This document shows positions 46,755 to 55,115 of a stretch of 64,000 bases of DNA, piece by piece. The position numbers and the translations under genes are program-made. Each line of letters starts with the position of its first letter. Position 1 is the stretch's first letter. Source of the DNA: Candidatus Spongiisociaceae bacterium (lineage in GTDB: Bacteria > Actinomycetota > Acidimicrobiia > Spongiisociales > Spongiisociaceae). The notes under the pieces are model-generated. The model saw only the letters and a list, made by a program, of their open reading frames with translations. It did no database searches and had not been told where the DNA came from. The DNA is taken from the NCBI GenBank assembly GCA_965202665.1, contig OZ241841.1, positions 1,920,001-1,984,000 of the forward strand. Reading direction: 5' to 3'.

Positions 46755-47972
46755 ATGCGACGCATTATTACTCTCATATCAGCGCTGGCGGTCGGAATGG
46801 CCTTATTCGCCGGGGGGGCCTACGCCCAAACCTCGGACATGGGGTTTTCCGATGTCCCCGACGATCATCCGCGTAAGGCGGACATCGATTACGCGGTGGA
46901 ACGGGGATGGTTCCAAGGATACGACGACGGAACCTTCAAACCGGATCAGACGGTCGCCGCCGCCGAAATAACCACCTTGGCGAGCCGGGTGTTCGGCGCC
47001 GTCTCCGAAGCGGGGGTGAGCCGGCTGGATACGGCTTTGTTCCTGCAACACGGCAACCAAGCTTTGACCGCTCCGCTCCCCGCCTCCGTCACCGCCCCCG
47101 TCTTCAGCGATTGGCCGCCCGCCGACGACGAGGGGCATGAAGAGGCGAACGCATCGGTCGGCTACGTCGCCGCCCGTGGCTGGTTCCAGGGTTATCCCGA
47201 CGGGACTTTCCGTCCCGAACGCACCATCACCTCCCGCCAAGTGGCGGCCGTGATAGGCCGGGCTTTCCCGGAGGGGATCAGCCGGGCCGAGTTGGCCGCT
47301 TTTCTCCGGCACGGCAACCGGGCGGTCATCGCCCACGAGGCTTCCAACGCTTGGGATGAGGTTGGAGACCGGGCCCTAGTGGCCCAAGATGGTTGGAAAA
47401 CGGTGTGTGAAGATGTTGAGAGCAGGCAGGACTTCTCAACCTACCTGCAAGACATTATGAAGGCGATTGGGGCTGAAATTGCGGCGGAGGACGCGGTGGT
47501 CGCCGGATGGCGGGCGGACATCGCCTTCTGGGAAACCATCGCCGATCGCGACGAGGCTGAGGAAAAGGCTTTGTCCACCGCCCGCGCCGCCGCCATGGCT
47601 TGGTCCGCCGCGGCGGACGCCGAGCGGGCGGTTCTGGCCTCCTGGCAAGGCGACCTGACAACGGAAGAAGGACGCCAGGCCTCCTCCGACGCCACATGGG
47701 CCTCCCGGAGGGCTGAAACAGCGGCTTGGGACTCGGCCCAGGAGGCCGTCAAAGCGGCGGCGGATGCCGAATCCAGGGCCGAAGCGGCGGTGGCGTCTGC
47801 TTGGTCCGAAGCGTCCGACAAGGCGGCCGCCGTCGTCGCCACCTGGAAGTCCTTTCCGCCGTTAACCACCCTGGTCGCCGCCTGCGGAGACTGGCTCGAC
47901 GCGTGGGAGGAATGGGAGGAATGGGCTTCGGCGATGTCGGTGGCCAACGACGCCTTGGCCGCGGTTGCCTGA
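46755..47972 (+). CDS. Secreted SLH-domain protein with Ala/Trp-rich helical C-terminus (paralogue 1)
   Basis: Signal peptide; FSDVPDDHP...GWFQGYDDGTFKPD; TATAAT 6 nt before the ATG suggests a leaderless mRNA. Confidence 0.8.
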   Translation: MRRIITLISALAVGMALFAGGAYAQTSDMGFSDVPDDHPRKADIDYAVERGWFQGYDDGTFKPDQTVAAAEITTLASRVFGAVSEAGVSRLDTALFLQHGNQALTAPLPASVTAPVFSDWPPADDEGHEEANASVGYVAARGWFQGYPDGTFRPERTITSRQVAAVIGRAFPEGISRAELAAFLRHGNRAVIAHEASNAWDEVGDRALVAQDGWKTVCEDVESRQDFSTYLQDIMKAIGAEIAAEDAVVAGWRADIAFWETIADRDEAEEKALSTARAAAMAWSAAADAERAVLASWQGDLTTEEGRQASSDATWASRRAETAAWDSAQEAVKAAADAESRAEAAVASAWSEASDKAAAVVATWKSFPPLTTLVAACGDWLDAWEEWEEWASAMSVANDALAAVA

Positions 47973-48047
47973 CGCCGGCTTGGGGATCGGGGCGGCGGGC
48001 GGGCGCAATTGCCGACCCATCGCCGTCAAGTCGTATAAGATAGGGGC

Positions 48048-49283
48048 ATGAGGCGCGCGATTGCCCTTGTCATTGCGGTCGGACTGGCGGCGGGGGGGGC
48101 CGTTGCGTCCGCGCAAACCCCGGGGGGGTTTCCCGATGTTCCCGATGACCATCCGCGCAAGGCGGACATTGACTATGCGGTGGCCCGGGGATGGTTCCAA
48201 GGTTACGGCAACGGAACGTTCCAACCCGATCGGATCATCACCCCCTCGCAAATAGCCATCGTGGTAAGCCGGGTGTTCGCCCAGATATCCGAGGAGGGGG
48301 TCAGCCGGTTGGATATGGCTTTGTTTATGCGATACGGCAACCGAGTTTTGGACAACCCGGCGCCCCCTCTCTTTACGGCGCCCGACTTCACCGACTGGCC
48401 GCCTGAGGAAGAAGACCGCGTTAATGAGGAGGTGGCCGAATCGGTGGCTTACGGCGCCATCCGGGGATGGTTCAAAGGTTATCCCGACGGCACTTTCCGT
48501 TCGGAAGAGACAATTACCGCCGGACAAATGGCCAAGGTCATAACCCGGGCTTTCCCAAGAGGGATCAGCCGGGCGGAGATGGCCGACTTTATTCGGCATG
48601 GCAACGGGGCGGTGGTTTCCCATGAGGCTTCCCGCGCCTGGGACCGGGTGGAGGCGGCTTATGTGACCACTCAAGTCGCCTGGCGCGACGCTTGCGACGC
48701 GTGGATCAGCTATCGGCCGGTCGTTGAGTTGGCGGAGTTGGCTTGGGACGCGGAGACGGCGGCTTTCACCGCCACCGCCGTCGCCTGGCGGGCGGATGTC
48801 GACTTCTGGGAAACGGTGGACAACCGTCGTCGAATCGAAAACGAAGCCCTGAGTTCCGCCATGGCCGCGGCTGATGCCTGGGATGCGGCGGCGGCCGCCA
48901 AAAAACCTTGGGAGGAGACCGGGTACGAGGGATTCGACTCTCTGCGCCAAGTTTTGGACGACGCCTTGGCCGTGTCCACGCCCGACCGGAAAGCGGAAAG
49001 GGTGGCTTGGGACACTTCCCAAGCCGCCGTGCGCGCCACCGATTTGGCCGAGCAGGACCGCGCCTCCCTCCTTTTGACCGAAGCCGAACAAGCCGCGGCC
49101 CGGGCCTGGGACGGCGCGGTGGAGGCGGTGAACGATGCGGTGGCGGTCTGGGATGATTTCGCGGTGGTGAGCGAGCGCCTCCCCAGGGAAACCTGCGAGG
49201 ACTGGGATAACGCGTGGAACATCTGGGAGGATTGGGCGGCGGCCATGGCGGTGGCCAACGACGCCCTGGTGGTCGGAGCCTGA
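48048..49283 (+). CDS. Secreted SLH-domain protein with Ala/Trp-rich helical C-terminus (paralogue 2)
   Basis: Colinear with the 46755 protein; TAAGAT 6 nt before the ATG. Confidence 0.8.
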   Translation: MRRAIALVIAVGLAAGGAVASAQTPGGFPDVPDDHPRKADIDYAVARGWFQGYGNGTFQPDRIITPSQIAIVVSRVFAQISEEGVSRLDMALFMRYGNRVLDNPAPPLFTAPDFTDWPPEEEDRVNEEVAESVAYGAIRGWFKGYPDGTFRSEETITAGQMAKVITRAFPRGISRAEMADFIRHGNGAVVSHEASRAWDRVEAAYVTTQVAWRDACDAWISYRPVVELAELAWDAETAAFTATAVAWRADVDFWETVDNRRRIENEALSSAMAAADAWDAAAAAKKPWEETGYEGFDSLRQVLDDALAVSTPDRKAERVAWDTSQAAVRATDLAEQDRASLLLTEAEQAAARAWDGAVEAVNDAVAVWDDFAVVSERLPRETCEDWDNAWNIWEDWAAAMAVANDALVVGA

Positions 49284-49323
49284 ACCGCTCTTTCCGGTAA
49301 CGGCGGGGGCTAAAGTTGGCCGG

Positions 49324-50541
49324 ATGGGAATGTTGCAAACCTTGCGCTCGGTGGCGCGGTTTCGCTCGCGGGAGCGGGACCCGGATTTGCGGCGCATACG
49401 GTCGGCGGCCAACTTGGACGACCTGCGGGCAATCGCCCGGCGGCGGTTGCCGGGCGGGGTGTTCGACTATGTGGACGGGGGGGCGGAGGACGAAGCAACC
49501 TACCGCCGCAATCAAACCGACTTGGGCGACTGGGAGTTCGTCCCCTCCGTGTTGCGGGACGTGTCCTCCATCGACACCTCCGCCGTTCTGCTGGGCGCCC
49601 CCCTTCCCCTGCCGTTGGTGTTGGCCCCCACCGGTTTCACCCGCATCGTGGATCCGCCGGGGGAGTTGGCGGTGGCCCGGGTTGCGGCCCGTAAAAACAT
49701 CCCCTATTCCCTGTCTACGCTCAGCACCCGTTCCATAGAAGAAGTGGCGGAGGTTTCCGGGGGACGAAAGTGGTTTCAGGTGTACGTGTGGAAAGACCGG
49801 GGGTTGGTGAAGAACATGATTGAACGGGCCGGGGAGAACGGGTACGAGGCGTTGTGCATTACCGCCGACTTGGCCGTGCCCGGCCGCCGGGAGCGGGATG
49901 TGCGCCGGGGTTTCTCCTTGCCTCCCAAACTGGGATGGGAAATGGTTTTGGAAGGGATGGCGCGTCCCTCTTGGACCTGGCGTTTTCTCCGTTCGGATCC
50001 GATCAGTTTCTCCAACGTGGTCGGGTTGAGCGAGCATGACGGGAGCACCGCCGTGGAACTGGCGGAGCTGGTCAAGGATCAGTTCGACCCTTCCCTGTCC
50101 TGGGGGGACATTGAATGGTTCCGGGCCATCTGGCCCGGCCCGATGATCATCAAAGGCATCCAGTCGGCGGCCGACGCCCGGCTGGCGGCGGAGCACGGGG
50201 TGGAAGCCATCGCCGTCTCCAACCACGGAGGGCGGCAACTGGACTACGCCCCCACTCCGGCCAACCTGATGGAACCGATCGCGGAGGCGGTGGGCGACTC
50301 CTTGGAGATCATTTTCGACGGCGGGGTGCGCCGCGGGTCGGACATCATCAAAGCCCTGGCCCTGGGGGCGAGGGCGGTGATGGTGGGACGGCCCTACCTG
50401 TACGGGTTGGGGGCGGCGGGGGAGAAAGGGGTAGAGTGGGTGATCGACTTCTTCGCCGAGGGGATGGCCCGTTCCATGGCCTTGGCCGGCGTGCGCTCGG
50501 TGGCGGAGGTGGATCGGGGGTTGCTGAACAGGCGTTCCTGA
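49324..50541 (+). CDS. FMN-dependent alpha-hydroxy acid oxidase/dehydrogenase (LldD-like)
   Basis: FDYVDGGA, LAPTG, WFQVY, IIKGI, SNHGGRQLD, DGGVRRGSD. Confidence 0.92.
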   Translation: MGMLQTLRSVARFRSRERDPDLRRIRSAANLDDLRAIARRRLPGGVFDYVDGGAEDEATYRRNQTDLGDWEFVPSVLRDVSSIDTSAVLLGAPLPLPLVLAPTGFTRIVDPPGELAVARVAARKNIPYSLSTLSTRSIEEVAEVSGGRKWFQVYVWKDRGLVKNMIERAGENGYEALCITADLAVPGRRERDVRRGFSLPPKLGWEMVLEGMARPSWTWRFLRSDPISFSNVVGLSEHDGSTAVELAELVKDQFDPSLSWGDIEWFRAIWPGPMIIKGIQSAADARLAAEHGVEAIAVSNHGGRQLDYAPTPANLMEPIAEAVGDSLEIIFDGGVRRGSDIIKALALGARAVMVGRPYLYGLGAAGEKGVEWVIDFFAEGMARSMALAGVRSVAEVDRGLLNRRS

Positions 50542-50625
50542 CTCCGGGGCCGGGCGGGCAAGACCTCCGCCCGGCGCGCAGTCGGCATATAATCCAATCG
50601 TTCCGAACAGGGAGAATCCCAACCT

Positions 50626-52686
50626 ATGTCCGAAAACGCGGTATTGACGATCGCCCTCCTGGCGGGGGCGGCGGCCTTGGTTTTGGCCGCGGTGTACGCC
50701 CGGGCGGTGCTGGCCGCCCATCCCGGCAACCAACGCATGAGGGAAATTTCGGCGGCCATTCGCGAGGGTGCCGACGCTTTTATGCGCCGCGAATACACCT
50801 GGGTGGCGGTGTTCGTGGCCGCCTTGGCCATCCTCATCTCCATCATTCTCCCCTGGGCGCGGCCGTGGGGCTCCATCGCTTACATTTTCGGAGCGGTCCT
50901 GTCGGCCGGGGCTGGGTTCGCCGGAATGCGGATCGCCACCGCCGCCAACTCCCGCACCGCCGAAGCGGCCCGGGCCGGGGGGGTGCGCCGGGCCCTGCCG
51001 GTAGCCTTCCGGGGCGGGGCGGTGATGGGGTTCGCAGTGGCCGGTCTGGGACTCTTGGGCGTGGCTTTGGGCTACCTGGTCTTCGCCAACTGGCTGAACC
51101 TCGATGACCGGTTCAACGTCATCGCCGCCATCGGACTGGGCGGCTCCTCCATCGCCCTGTTCGCCCGGGTGGGGGGAGGCATCTACACCAAGGCGGCGGA
51201 TGTGGGGGCCGACTTGGTGGGCAAGGTGGAGGCGGGGATACCGGAGGACGACCCCCGCAACCCGGCGGTAATCGCCGACAACGTGGGGGACAACGTGGGG
51301 GATGTGGCCGGAATGGGGGCTGACCTGTTCGAGTCCTACGTGGGGGCGTTGGTGGCCCCCATCGTCTACGCGTCCATTGTGTTCGCTTACCGCCCTTTCG
51401 CAATCGAGGCCATCATCTATCCCTTGGCAGTGGCGGCCATCGGAATGTTTTCCGCCATCATCGGGTCCTTTTTCGTGCGGGTGGGCGGCGGCAAGCTGGC
51501 TTCCGCCCTGCATCGGGGCAACAACGTGGCCGCCGGGCTGACCGCCATCGGGGTTCTGATCCTCACCTTGGTCATCTTCGATTCCGGGAGCGGGGTGCGC
51601 AATCCCCTGGGAGTGTTCCTGGCGGTGCTGGCGGGGTTGGCGGTGGGGTTGGCGGTGGGCAAACTGTCGGAGATTTTCACCTCCGACCATTACCGGACGG
51701 TGAAGGAAATCGCCCGCCAGTCGGAGACTGGCCCGGCCACGGTGGTGCTGGCCGGAGTGGCGGAGGGTATGCGCTCGGCCGCTTTTTCGGTGATCGCGGT
51801 GGTAGCCGGCATCTATGGCGCCTATGCCGCCGGGGAATGGGCTATGGGGTCCGACGGAGGCATCTACGGGGTGGCCATCGCCGCCATCGGGGTGCTGTCC
51901 ACTTTGGGGATCACGGTGGCGGTGGACGCCTACGGGCCCATTGCCGACAACGCGGGCGGGATCGCGGAGATGGCCGGCCTCCCCCCTGAAGTGCGGGAAG
52001 CCACCGACGAGTTGGACGCTTTGGGAAACACCACCGCCGCCTTGGGCAAAGGGTTCGCCATCGGCTCGGCGGCGGTGACCGCCCTGGCCCTGTTCTCCGC
52101 CTTCACGCAGGCGGTGGGGTTGAAAACCATCGACATCATCAACGTGGAGACCACCATCGGCCTGTTCTTGGGCGGGATGTTCCCCTTCCTGTTCGCCGCC
52201 CTCACCATCAAGGCGGTGGGGCGGGCCGCCTTTCGCATGATCGAAGAGGTGCGCCGCCAGTTCCGAGAAATTCCCGGACTGTTGGAAGGCGGCCCGCAGG
52301 CCAAACCGGAATACTCCAAGGCGGTTAGCATTGCCACCGGGGCCGCCCTGCGGGAAATGGTGATACCGGGGGCGCTGGCGGTGGTGCTTCCCTTGCTGGT
52401 TGGGTTCATCTTTGGCGCGGAGGCACTGGGGGGCTTGCTGGCCGGGGCGTTGGTGACCGGGTTCCTGTTGGCCATCTTCATGGCCAACGCCGGCGGGGCG
52501 TGGGACAACGCCAAAAAGATGATCGAAGCCGGGGCTTTCGGCGGCAAAGGCTCCGAGCAGCACAAGGCGGCGGTGATCGGGGACACGGTGGGGGACCCGT
52601 TCAAGGACACTTCCGGCCCGGCGATGAACATCGTCATCAAAGTGATGACCATCGTCTCCCTCATCTTCGCTACGGCCTTTGTTTAG
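50626..52686 (+). CDS. hppA: Membrane-bound ion-translocating pyrophosphatase, K+-dependent, probably Na+-pumping
   Basis: GGIYTKAADVGADLVGKVE, DNVGDNVGD, ADLFESY, GNTTAA, GDTVGDPFKD. Confidence 0.93.
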   Translation: MSENAVLTIALLAGAAALVLAAVYARAVLAAHPGNQRMREISAAIREGADAFMRREYTWVAVFVAALAILISIILPWARPWGSIAYIFGAVLSAGAGFAGMRIATAANSRTAEAARAGGVRRALPVAFRGGAVMGFAVAGLGLLGVALGYLVFANWLNLDDRFNVIAAIGLGGSSIALFARVGGGIYTKAADVGADLVGKVEAGIPEDDPRNPAVIADNVGDNVGDVAGMGADLFESYVGALVAPIVYASIVFAYRPFAIEAIIYPLAVAAIGMFSAIIGSFFVRVGGGKLASALHRGNNVAAGLTAIGVLILTLVIFDSGSGVRNPLGVFLAVLAGLAVGLAVGKLSEIFTSDHYRTVKEIARQSETGPATVVLAGVAEGMRSAAFSVIAVVAGIYGAYAAGEWAMGSDGGIYGVAIAAIGVLSTLGITVAVDAYGPIADNAGGIAEMAGLPPEVREATDELDALGNTTAALGKGFAIGSAAVTALALFSAFTQAVGLKTIDIINVETTIGLFLGGMFPFLFAALTIKAVGRAAFRMIEEVRRQFREIPGLLEGGPQAKPEYSKAVSIATGAALREMVIPGALAVVLPLLVGFIFGAEALGGLLAGALVTGFLLAIFMANAGGAWDNAKKMIEAGAFGGKGSEQHKAAVIGDTVGDPFKDTSGPAMNIVIKVMTIVSLIFATAFV

Positions 52687-52704
52687 GCCGCAGCCCCCGG
52701 TTTC

Positions 52705-54006
52705 GTGACCCGCTCCCGCCGGGATCCCGGCTGGGCGGCCGTTCTGCCCAAAGAAGCCTCCGACGGCGGGCTGTCCGGCGCCCGGCGCATAACTTTCGTC
52801 CGCCACGGCCAGTCCGAGGCCAACCAAGCCGGAATCTGGCAGGGCTCCGGTTCCAGCCCGCTCACCGGGGAGGGCCGCGTCCAGGCCGCCCGGGTGGGAG
52901 CCCGCCTGGCCCGGCGGGAGTTCGACATCGTGCAGTCCTCCGACCTGGAAAGGTGCCGGGACACGGCCGCTGAAGCCGGTTTCACCCCCGAATTGGATTC
53001 CCGGTGGCGGGAAGGCGATTTGGGTGAATGGGAAGGCCTTTCCAGGAAGAAAGTTTGGGAGGAGCACGGCGATTACTTGCGCCGCATCCACTCCGGCGAG
53101 GATCTGCCTTTGGGTTACACCGGGGAGACGGCGGCCGAGGTGGCGGAGCGGGCGGTGTCGGCCATCGATTCCCTTCTCTTCGCCCGGTTGGAGGAGGGGG
53201 GGGAAGCCCTGGTTTTCACCCATGGGGGGCTGATCACCGGGATGGTGCGCCGTCTGCTGGGGATGCCCGTTGAAGGCCGCAATTTGGCGGTGCCCGCCAA
53301 CACCGCCCTCTGCCAGATGGCTTTCCTAGGGGAGCGCGTCGCGCTGACGGCCTACAACGACTCCTCCCACTTGGGTCCGCTCACTCCCTGGGTGGAATGG
53401 GCTCGACGAGAGGGGGCGGCGGTTCTGGAACTGGTGCGGCACGGGGTGACCATCGCCAACCTGGCCCGGCGGGTGCAGGGGCAGAGCGACTGGGGGTTGC
53501 ACGAGGAGGGGCGGCGGCAGGCGGAGGCCCTGGGGCGCTGGATCGGCCCGGTGGATTATTTGTACACTTCGCCCTTGGAGCGGGCCCGGGACACGGCCGG
53601 GATAGCCTTCCAACAGGAGGCGCAACCCCTGGACGATCTGATGGAGATAAACATGGGGGAATGGGAGGGGGAATACTGGGCGGAGTTGGCGGCCGCCGGC
53701 CAGCTGGACGGGCACCGGGCGGGCCGCGACTTGCCCCGGGGCGGGACCGGGGAAACCTGGGCCGAATTGCAGAGGCGGGCGGCCAAAACCATCAACGGAC
53801 TGGCGGTCGCGCATTCCGGATGCCGGGTGGCGGTCGCATCCCACGGCGGAACCATCCGGGCCTACGTAGCGGGGGTGCTGGGATTCGGGTACGGGGAGTT
53901 GGGGCGGCTGGGGGCGTTGGGAAACACTTCGGTCAGCCAAGTTACCGCGGCCGGCGAGCGGGTCACGCTCGTCTCCTACAACGTGACCGGCCACTTGGAG
54001 GACTGA
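52705..54006 (+). CDS. Tandem two-domain histidine phosphatase family protein
   Basis: Two RHG motifs (FVRHGQS, LVRHGVT), two G.WEG and two HGG motifs. Confidence 0.85.
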   Translation: MTRSRRDPGWAAVLPKEASDGGLSGARRITFVRHGQSEANQAGIWQGSGSSPLTGEGRVQAARVGARLARREFDIVQSSDLERCRDTAAEAGFTPELDSRWREGDLGEWEGLSRKKVWEEHGDYLRRIHSGEDLPLGYTGETAAEVAERAVSAIDSLLFARLEEGGEALVFTHGGLITGMVRRLLGMPVEGRNLAVPANTALCQMAFLGERVALTAYNDSSHLGPLTPWVEWARREGAAVLELVRHGVTIANLARRVQGQSDWGLHEEGRRQAEALGRWIGPVDYLYTSPLERARDTAGIAFQQEAQPLDDLMEINMGEWEGEYWAELAAAGQLDGHRAGRDLPRGGTGETWAELQRRAAKTINGLAVAHSGCRVAVASHGGTIRAYVAGVLGFGYGELGRLGALGNTSVSQVTAAGERVTLVSYNVTGHLED

Positions 54007-54025
54007 GACGGGAGCCGGCGGGCCT

Positions 54026-55108
54026 ATGCGGGTTCTTCTGATAACCAACGATTATCCGCCCCGTCCGGGGGGAATACAGCAGTATCTGGCCAACCTGGTG
54101 GCTCATTCCCGGGCTGAATTCCGAGTGTTGGCCCCCGCCTGCCCGCAGGCCCCCGCCGCTCCCGGCGTGGTGCGGGGCGGGCGGCGTTTCATGTGGCCCA
54201 CCCGCTCCGTCCGCCGATGGGCGGAGGGGCATGTGGAGGAGTTCGCCCCCGATGCGGTCCTCTTCGGGGCGCCTCATCCTTTGGCCTGGCTGGGGCCGGG
54301 CCTGACCGAGCGGTTCGGGGCGCCGTATGCGGTGATGGCGCACGGGGGGGAGGTGACATTGCCCGCCGCCCTGCCCGGGGCGCGGCAGGTTCTGAGGCGG
54401 ATTTTCGGGGGGGCGGCGGCGGTGTTCACGGTGTCGGAGTTCACCGCCCGCCGGGTGCGCAAACTGGCCGGAAAGAACGTCGAGGCGCTGGGGGCGGGGG
54501 TGGATCTGGAAGCCTTTCATCCGGGGGCGGAAACCGAGGAGGGGAAAGGGAGCTTGACATTGGGATGCATCTCCCGGTTCGTGCCCCGCAAAGGGCATCT
54601 GCGGGTGATACGGGCCGCGGAGCGGCTGAAATCCGCCGGGCGGTCGGTGGAAGTGCTGCTGGCGGGGGAGGGCCGTTTGGAGTCCCGTATACGCCGCAGG
54701 GCGGCTCGTTCGGCGGCGGAGGTGCGGGTGGTTTCGGGGGCTCCCTGGGAGGAGTTGCCCGATTTGTACCGGCAATGCGACATTTTCGTAATGCCCTCCC
54801 GCACCCGTTGGCTGGGCCTGGAGGCGGAAGGCCTGGGGATCGTCTACCTGGAGGCGGCCGCCTGCGGGAAGCCGGTGGTGGCAGGAACTTCCGGAGGGGC
54901 CCCGGAGACGGTGGTTCCGGGAGTCACCGGCCTGGTGGCCTCCTCGGCGGCCCGCATCGCGGAGGCGGTGGAGATCATCGCCCCGCGGCGGGGGGAGATG
55001 GGCCGGGCCGCCCGTCGCCGGGCCGAGCAGAGGTTCTCCTGGGAGGATACGTCCCGTCGCTTGGACGCCGGTTTGGAAAAGGCGGTCGGCGGCCGGGAGG
55101 AAGGTTAG
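54026..55108 (+). CDS. GT4 glycosyltransferase (PimB'/MgtA-like)
   Basis: TNDYPPRPGGIQ, SRFVPRKG, EGLGIVYLEAAACG. Confidence 0.88.
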   Translation: MRVLLITNDYPPRPGGIQQYLANLVAHSRAEFRVLAPACPQAPAAPGVVRGGRRFMWPTRSVRRWAEGHVEEFAPDAVLFGAPHPLAWLGPGLTERFGAPYAVMAHGGEVTLPAALPGARQVLRRIFGGAAAVFTVSEFTARRVRKLAGKNVEALGAGVDLEAFHPGAETEEGKGSLTLGCISRFVPRKGHLRVIRAAERLKSAGRSVEVLLAGEGRLESRIRRRAARSAAEVRVVSGAPWEELPDLYRQCDIFVMPSRTRWLGLEAEGLGIVYLEAAACGKPVVAGTSGGAPETVVPGVTGLVASSAARIAEAVEIIAPRRGEMGRAARRRAEQRFSWEDTSRRLDAGLEKAVGGREEG

Positions 55109-55115
55109 GGGCCGG

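Noticed and set aside
48766-53223. 1485-aa minus-strand ORF, and similar long ORFs at 55173-57719, 14283-15893, 15535-17250 and 16976-18682
   Set aside because: Antisense shadows of well-supported genes in high-GC DNA; no recognisable motifs
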